64,000 bases of DNA, from positions 9,486,001-9,550,000 of the forward strand of contig OX597828.1 of the NCBI GenBank assembly GCA_951406725.2, read 5' to 3'. The number at the start of each line of letters is the position of its first letter. Position 1 is the first letter of the stretch. The notes beneath the pieces are model-generated. The model was not told the origin of the DNA and did no database searches. It saw only the letters and a list, made by a program, of their open reading frames with translations. The stretch comes from Octopus vulgaris (lineage: Eukaryota). Made by a program: the position numbers and the translations under genes. This document shows positions 55,646-64,000 of this stretch, in pieces.

Positions 55646-57825
55646 GCGGAAGTAAAGACTAAATATATTTTGGAAACCCGTACATATATATTTATAAATG
55701 TAAGTGTGCGTTGGTGTGTATGTTTGTGTATGTGTATGTGTGTGTGTTTGTGAGTGTGTGTGTATGAATTGGATTACAAAGAAGTGGATTACAATATCTT
55801 ATGAGGCAATATGTGTGAAAGTCGTAAAAATAATAACGTGATTTTATCTTTAACTCATCAAGTTTCAGCTATTTTATAAAATATGATTAACTGAAAATTT
55901 ATAGAATATGAAATGTGTGGGATCTAAATTTAAAAAGCACATCGTAATTGACACAGTAGAAATAATTTAAGCCAGTTTGTAGACAGGCAGTTGGGAATTA
56001 ACATTTTTTTTTTTTCATTATAGACAAAGATTTTCTGCAATTTTGATAGCCCAAGTTGGTATCAATACGAAACCTTGACTTAGAATATATCTATCAATAA
56101 AGAATATTATGCTGTTTATAATATTTGAAAACAATATTTGAATTGTATTTTTTCGACGTAGTTCTAATTAGACACACTGATGTTACCATCGAAATCTATT
56201 AAGAAATATCTTTCGTTTAAACTAATGATGTACATTCTCTGAAAGTAAAATTAAATATTCATTTTTACATAATAATTACTTGAAATCAAAATTATTCCAA
56301 AATTACAACTAAGTAAGCTATATTTAAAAATATATGAAAAATATTAAATTTTATTGAATGTAGCTGCTAAGAAATTATCATTCGCAAATTTTAATGAAAA
56401 TCCGTTTTCTTTAAATGAGTTAAAAATAATTATTTGCATTCCAATATAATATTTTACTCCATAAAATATTTTCATAAATGTTGCTGTGCATTCTATAATT
56501 AGGAAAAATAAATTTACATAGCTGTTAACATTTTTACAGTTTATCCTTCTTTCACTCTCCTGCTGAACATTATGACGGTGGCCATGAGAGCAAAGAACGG
56601 AGCATGACAGCATCCAAGACATCATACACGCAGATATGTCTCTCTTTGACTTCGAGATGAGACTAATAGAGGAAACACATACACACACACAAATACAAAT
56701 GTATATGTATTTGTACATGTACAGACAGGTGTCTCATCGGAGGCTGATGCGATCTGTAAACTAATGCTACCTGTTCCCTGTTCGGGAATTACCTCTCCCT
56801 GCAGGGAAGGCCTGCACACTCAGAAGGAGTAAGAACAAGACTTGATGAAGGGTCGATGAGCTACTTCTGAGTCGAGTGGCATACAAGTGAAGAAGGCACA
56901 CTAATATATCTGCCAAATCACAATCTGAGAAATTTAGAACGAATAAATGCTACGGTTGCAACTGATGGGAGATCTCAAGCTTAATCTTGAAGACTTTTCT
57001 TGTAATCATCAAGTTATTGCAAACGTTATTGACGATGAAATGTATGTATATGTATGGGTTTTTATACATGTGTATCCTTGTGTCTGTACACACGCGCTTG
57101 CGTGTATATATGCTTGTATGGATGTGTTTTGCAGTACCTGCGTACATACGTGCACAAATACCTTCGTAAATATATGAATAGATAAAGAGACAGATTGATA
57201 GATAGAGAGACAAGGAGAAACTGAGACAGAGGGAGCGTGGGAGATCAATAAACGAAAGGAGGAACCGGAAAATAGAGAAAAATATCCTATGAGGCTATTG
57301 CAAGCGTTAGTACGGGCCCATGTGAAAGTCATAGCTTTATTTTTAAATTTTGCACTTTCATAAAATTGTAGAAAATTGGTACGCAATTAAAAAAAAAGAA
57401 ATTACATCCATACATTTGGATTACTCTAGCTCATTTAAAAAAAAATGTGGTTTCCTACAAGCTTCCGAGCAGAGTATCCTTCTACTGTTAGTTTGTCAGT
57501 TTTGAGTTAAATAAGAAATTTGAATGCATTTAGGGATCATCCATTGTACATTCTACAAATTCTATTCCAATAGTTCTGTTTTCTACGTAGTTTTCTGTTC
57601 TGTCTCGAGAATTAATCATAAAGTTTTGGAATTTAAAATTTCTTATACAACTTATATGAGTGTGTCTTTGTGTTTGTGTTTTTGTGTGTGTGTGTTGAAG
57701 AAAATGCATTATATTACGTAATGTTTGTTATTGTAAAAGTCATATATCTGGTCGCTGACTACACATACGCAGAGAGATACAAACAAACGCTAAGTTATAG
57801 ATACAAACATAAGTTGATATGTATA

Positions 57826-58720
57826 TATATGTGGGGAATAAACTGTCGTCTAAATTACGCAATAATGAAAATAACAACGACATCTCATGTTAACATATAT
57901 ATTTGCCAAAATTACATTAAATTATCTTGAAATACGAAAAGATAAATTTATTTAATAAATTTGCCATTGGATTGAACCGCGGCCTCCAGGCGATTTTGGA
58001 ATTTCCTACAACACTTCTGGACGGTCTCCTTGTTTAAGTTGGTGAATGCTGCCATAGTCCTTACATTCGGTCCATCTTTGGGTTTACAAGAAGTTTTGTT
58101 AGACTTTCGCTAAACTACGTCATACATATAGTAATCAAGAGGGTTGATTTCTGGGCAGTTAGGTGGCCAGATGTTAGGGGCGATGTGGTCGCAGAAATTG
58201 TCTGACAGCCATCACTGGGTCCTCCTGCATGTATACATGATGCAGAGACCTCTTGCTAGACATAGAATTTTCCAGCAGTCATCCTCTTGACCCAGGGCAG
58301 AACTACCTGCTCCAGAACCTCGATACTTGATGTAGGCCTCTGTGTTGAGTCTGAGGCCGTGTAGGAAGATGAATGGAGACATAACGTCGCTATCAATTAT
58401 GATGATTCCAAACACTAGGATGCTGATTAGATGTTTGATTTTTATCACACTCGGTACATTCCTCAGATTGCACTGTCCTCACATTAACACCCAAGGACTC
58501 TGAAATGCTCGTATTAGAGATTCCAACGAAAATACCAAGTAGTACAGCATGTAATTTCCAAATTTTCGGCAGAGTAATTTGCGACATGGTGCTGTTTTTC
58601 TAACACACGGTGCCCAAATGATCCTACTATACAGTATAATCGACCATTTCAAAAACAAACATGCGCATGCCCGAAATTGAAAATATAATATGGTGACAAT
58701 TTGCTCATCGGGACTTGTAT
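57826..58720 (-). mobile_element. maT (DD37D)-type Tc1/mariner element, internally deleted
   Basis: ILVFGII..DSDVMSPFIF..GLRLNTEAYIK, WLSDNF...WPPNCPEINPLDYY, CRKFQNRLEA; only weak terminal inverted similarity. Confidence 0.8.
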
Positions 58721-58804
58721 GTATAAATATAAATGTATATATACGCATATGTCCACCAACATTTTTTCTCTGCCCAAGGCACATTCCTAACACACCAGCT
58801 GAGT

Positions 58805-59137
58805 TTAATCCGCCCTAGTCGAAAGACGCCTGTTTGTGATGTCCTGTTATCGTTATTGTTATTATTGTTTTTACGTATTATTTTTGGATCCATATTCGTG
58901 TAAAATCGTCCGTTTTTCTGTCCTTGTTTTGTATACATTCGAAGATTCCTTCCAAGGAATCTAATGCACTCAGCTTAGTTTTTCCATGGGGCTGGCCACA
59001 TTGGAGCTATCTCAAGATTAATCAGCCGAAATTGCGAGGATGATCCGGTTCTTGACTGAAGATTGAAGACTTCGAATGTCCCGTCCGTGTTTTTTGTATC
59101 GTCTTCAAAATGGTCTTGTCCCAGTTTCCATTTTTTA
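58805..59137. repeat. Unclassified interspersed-repeat-like block
   Basis: A higher-GC block next to a microsatellite; contains CTGAAGA but no complete ribozyme fold; single copy in this window. Confidence 0.3.
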
Positions 59138-59180
59138 TACATATATATGTATATATTTATCTATCTATCTATCTATCTAC

Positions 59181-59268
<88 letters not shown>

Positions 59269-60889
59269 ATATATATATACATATATACACATGTATGTAG
59301 ACATATGATATATTCATATACATACGTATCAATATATGTGTTTGTGTATATACATAGGTATACGTGTATGTGTATGCGTGTGTTTGGTCGCATACAGACA
59401 CACAGAGACACTCACGCACATGTATATATACTTTATATTGCCATCTTTAACTCATTTATTTTAAACCTCTGCATTTTGCCTTTCATACTATTTCCCAAAT
59501 AACTTAATTAAATAAAGGAAATTGTAACCATCCACGTGTCGGTTTCAATAAGGGATACAATGAACCTTTGGAATTGCTGCAATGATTAGGGAACTGAATA
59601 CTCGACTTCTTCTAAAATATATTATGAAACGAATTAGCTGACATCCCAGGAGATAACACATTTTGTAAAAAGGAAGTCAAAAAACGTCTAATTATATATT
59701 TCCGCATTATTCTAGGGTTTTTATGAATCATTTCCCTAAAATAACCCTTTGGTAGTGTCATATTTTAATTTGTATATGATATATTTCCCAATCTATTATT
59801 GTATTACTCTAAAGATAATTACCTTCAAAACCTATAATTATAAATAAGATTTGTTTTCCATATTATAAATTCTCTTTTTATTTATTCCCACAGCGTATTC
59901 ATCACCTTGGAAATCTATGAGTTCAACTCATTTCTCTAGACAAAAAAGCATTAAATCGTAATATAATAAAGGTAAAAATACGTCGATTTTTATTTTTGCT
60001 TTGTCACCTTCAAATTATCTCGGTATTATCACATTTTTTTCCGTATTATCTGGGAGACAATTCTACTATAAATTTGGTGGCGATTTACTCAGTATTCCTG
60101 TTATTACCAATTTATTACTTGTTGCTTGATAGAAAATATGAACGACAGGAAAAAAGTAATTATTGAAAATGAATAATTTACATCTTATTATATTCTAATA
60201 ATAACCTACTCTATAAAAAACTTGAATTGAGTTTGTTGCTCATGGGTAATCAACATTTAAACAAAATGGCAATGAAAAAGTTTCACACATACGGCTTGCA
60301 AAGTCCTTATAGCTTTCTCTACACTTCAATGCAATGTTCTATAAACAATTATAAAAAGGGGAACTTAATGAAAACTATCAAATAAATATACAGCCTTCGT
60401 TTATGTGAAAGACAAGTAAATCAGAAAGAAGTATTCTGTAAAGTAGCATGAATTTTCATTTCATATCAACTGAAGTTTAAATAATTTACTCTAGAAAACA
60501 GAGAATATTTTACCTTTCATGTCTATCAGATTGAATAACTCATTGTTTTTGATTCGGTGAAATATAAATCATCCCACACAGCTAACTAGATACCGTTAAA
60601 TTATAGTCGTGTTGTGGTAAATAAGTCATTATCATTAGCGTAAGAATAGTAATAAAACACCAATATAAAACAACACTAAAAATATTAACAAGAAAAACAA
60701 CAGCAACAATAATAATGTTGATGATGATGATGATTATGAAGATGATATTTTATTTATCACATGGGCATCAAATTAAGAGGTGTTACGAGGATAATTGAGA
60801 AGGGAGGAAGGAAAGGGAAAAGGAAATTGAGATGAGATAAAGGTGTATACTAAATATAGATGAGATAAAGGTGTATACTAAATATGAGA

Positions 60890-62790
60890 AAACATATATC
60901 ATGGAGCCCTTCTGATACGAAAGAACCTCTAACTAAATCAAGGGCCTAGATCACTCTTTCGATAAATGTCACGAGCCCTCAGCCGACAGTCGCATGATTA
61001 GTGTAGTTCCATGCACGTAAGATGTGTTTGCCACCAGCCTCTTGAGAAAGTCATTAAGAGAGAGGATTTCCATTTCCATCTGTTTTCTTCACAAGTGGAG
61101 CTTCAAAGGGACGGTGAGGGATTGGTCAAAGAGCAAGGCGTATTTCCTCAAAACTTTCAGCCTCCACAAGTAATCTTTCACCATGGGTACTACACAGAGC
61201 AAAATTGTCTCCCTTGCCTTGTTGAAGACGGATGGCGGGTGATCTACGCGATGGATTTCGCCGACATTCTGATTCTTCCAACGCGCGATAACAGCTATTT
61301 GACATTATTTCAGATGACAGCAATGTTGAGACACAGCACGAATGTGCATTACAATTTGATCTCTTTGCGCACAGCACAGGCTGTCGCGTCTAGCATCACT
61401 TCAATGTATGTAGAATATATTTCAGAACGCCATTGTTCTCAGGTAACAGTGCCAGTTAAGAGAATTCCTGGAAGTTAGTTATCCGTAACTCAAAATTCAG
61501 TTCTCGTACTCGTCCTTGATGTTCAGTTATGTCCTGATAAGGAAGCCGCTCCCACCCACCAATAAATCACTATATATTGCTAACGTTGAACTTCCACTAA
61601 CCACATTGTCCAACTAACAAAGAGCGGTGAGCTGATGATATTCCGGATACATGCGCACGATCATTGTATAGTCATGACCCAGAGCTGAGTCGCGTAATGA
61701 TGTATCTTACAAACGAAGACAATAGCTACTTAAAGTCCAGAACAATCTGTAGGTGGGTTAACATCAGAGAGTGTCTGTGCCTCAGCAGCCACGTCATGCA
61801 AAGCCTACTTTCCTGTGGCTGCTGGCAACAGAGGAATCACGTGACTAGTGCAATGCTTTCTTTCTATGAGAGGCGAAAGATTTGACTTTCCATAGATAAT
61901 TTCTACCAAATCCATTTCTGACTGAGGCTTGCCACCCTTCTTGTAACACGTCCATGTTCCTGAACATTTGGAGGTCTGCATCAAACCGATCACCGATTAA
62001 CGTAACCAGACCGGCTGTCCAGTGACCCGCTACGCTGCTGGATATCATGGACTTGTCTCTGCAGTTTCCGAGCTGCAAACACATCGGTTTATTCGGATTT
62101 ATCTTTTCTCCTGCCATATCCTCATCTTCTGCTAGATTGACATTCACGCTCTGAACTTCCGCTTCGTCTTCACACTATTACCGCCATGTCAAAAGTAAAC
62201 ACCGGCACAGCTCTTCCTCACACCAAATCAAAACGAATGACCCTCAGGTGTTCAAGCTTCCACAGCAATGGCTCGAGAGCCAGTACGTATAATAACAGCG
62301 AGGAAGGAAAGCATTGATGGATCGACTGTGCTATAAGACAGTTCCTTTCACAAGTAACATGTGCCATTGTCCACTGCTGCGGTCTAGCCACTGAAAACAT
62401 GTCCGAAACCGGCTGCCAATTTGCAATATTCAATCCTATCGAATGCTTTCGAAAGACCCTCATTGATCAGGACCCCATCGATGTCGGATTTCTTTCTCCT
62501 TCCATTTATGATATAGTACATGTGTTGGAGTATCTCACGGGTGGTGCTTTTAAGGATTTCGCATATTTGTGCAACTCCGACGAAACGACCTATGAGAAGC
62601 GCCAGCCTCTTTGCACACAAACTCGCCAAAATTCTAAAATCTGCAATTTGCAAGATTATGAGCAGGAAAGTTTCTATAATATCCCTTTTTCAGCAGCATT
62701 AACCTCCCCAAGCTCACGGAAAAAATTGCACTCGTTTTGCTGGTACTTGCAAAAGACTTGAATGCATCATCCAAACCACTATCTCAAAAG
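60890..62790 (-). pseudogene. Tx1/L1-clade LINE ORF2 (RT to C-terminal zinc-finger region), decayed
   Basis: ADFRILASLCAKRL..., LSKAFDRIE, SIHQCFPSSLLLYVLALEPLL, AGEKINPNK, Cys/His-rich C-terminus. Confidence 0.85.
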
Positions 62791-62799
62791 TTGTTATTC

Positions 62800-64000
62800 T
62801 CTTTTCACAGGTGTATTTCACTAATGGTTGGAATGGGAATTTGGACGCACAGAAGTACTGTGTGCGGCTAGGACAGAAAAGGGATGCAAAAGCCTCGAAA
62901 ACCTACTCAGGCACTTCTAGTTGTCTGATAGGTATCGAATGGATGTCCTTGATGTGCCACTGTGAACATGGGGCAACCACAATGGTCAACCAGAAACCAT
63001 CTATATAGATTATTTGTTAGGTCAGTGGATAGGGATAGTAGGTTGTCCAGAATTTAAATTAGTCGGCTGGACATGTCGCAAATTTATGATCTTCACTGTC
63101 GAGTCAGATAGGACCCGTAGAAAGGGACCCGGTTGCTGGAAGTTAAACGTGTCCTTTCCGATACGCAAAGACTACAGAGGCCGGATTAGTGAACAAGTTA
63201 AGTGGCAGTTGACGGGGGCAATAGTCAACAACAGGTGGCGAGCCGCCCTGAAGAGGGTGATTAGTGCAGGATCGATAGCATTTAACAAAGAGTTAGCAAT
63301 TGAAAGGAATATATTAGGGAGTGAACTAGCAAGCGAAACAGAAGACGCGATTAGAAAGGGCATCGTGACCGATGTGTTATTGGCGAGAATGGCCCCCGAC
63401 CATTTCTACGAAGCAAAACATGAACGTTGTATTGTCAGAACCCAAATGTTGCCCGTGCGCTCAATCATGGAGAAAATAAAGCTGTCCGAAGTGCCTGAAC
63501 GGTGGAGACAACACGTGTAGATAAAACCACGTTCGAGTCTTTGACTCGAGACGGTACAATGCTACTCGCCTGCGAGCAGGTTTTGGAGTTCTGTTCGTAC
63601 GTGGGCAGCCAGCCGTAAGATCGGCGGCTACCATAAGGTTATGTAAAAATCGAATTCGGGAGGTGATGGACGATTGCACAAGTCGCACATCGCTCGGGTT
63701 TGGATGGTCTGCTTTATGAATTCTGTGTATTCATGCCATACTTGTTGGTGATCTCTTGGCAGATGTCTACATCAACTGGCAACTGAAGGGAAGAATTCCT
63801 AGTGGTGTTAGCCGAGGTGTGGTGACTCTGCTGAGGAAGAACGCCAACTATGGGGACTTAATACAGGACTTGCGGAAAATAACTGCTAAACACAGAGATT
63901 TTGTCGAAGATTTTTGAGAAAATGTTGGCGGTAGTTTGTTCGGGGAAGCGCAAACGTGCGCAATCTCGTGTAGGACTATCCCCAACAACCTCCTCCTTAT
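62800..64000 (+). pseudogene. Tx1/L1-clade LINE ORF2 (end of endonuclease to start of RT), runs off the window
   Basis: GPGCWKLNVSF...DYRGRI, GVVTLLRK, AQTCAISCRTIPNNLLL. Confidence 0.8.

Noticed and set aside
56520-57000. Possible exon after TTTTACAG, or an RT remnant
   Set aside because: No clear donor site or sustained reading frame; resemblance to RT motifs is too weak to call
59020-59090. CTGAAGA...TTCGAAT hammerhead candidate
   Set aside because: Stems I and III could not be formed convincingly
61011-61478. 155-aa plus-strand ORF
   Set aside because: It lies antisense to the decayed Tx1 ORF2 and is a shadow ORF

Overview
This is AT-rich, microsatellite-dense eukaryotic non-coding DNA. 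The SINE and LINE repertoire points to an octopus or related cephalopod (inference). I found no intact protein-coding gene or convincing host exon, and nearly all listed ORFs are microsatellite translations or fragments of decayed transposons. The window holds about 17 loci of three tRNA-derived SINE families and decayed LINEs (RTE, R4/Dong, Tx1/L1). It also holds two Penelope-like elements (PLEs) with GIY-YIG endonuclease remnants, Tc1/mariner/maT elements, a Chapaev3-like remnant and MITEs. Five observations stand out: (1) a ~125-bp palindrome encoding a complete type I hammerhead ribozyme fold, with a near-identical copy on the opposite strand; (2) a composite retroposon with a tRNA-like head, microsatellite and hammerhead-like tail in a PLE-style inverted arrangement; (3) an 8-unit head-to-tail SINE array inside a single 14-bp target-site duplication, suggesting self-targeted insertion; (4) a perfect 42-bp inverted repeat 4.1 kb apart; (5) an RTE copy with twin-priming-type inversion geometry. 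All family assignments come from manual translation and motif recall, not database searches.
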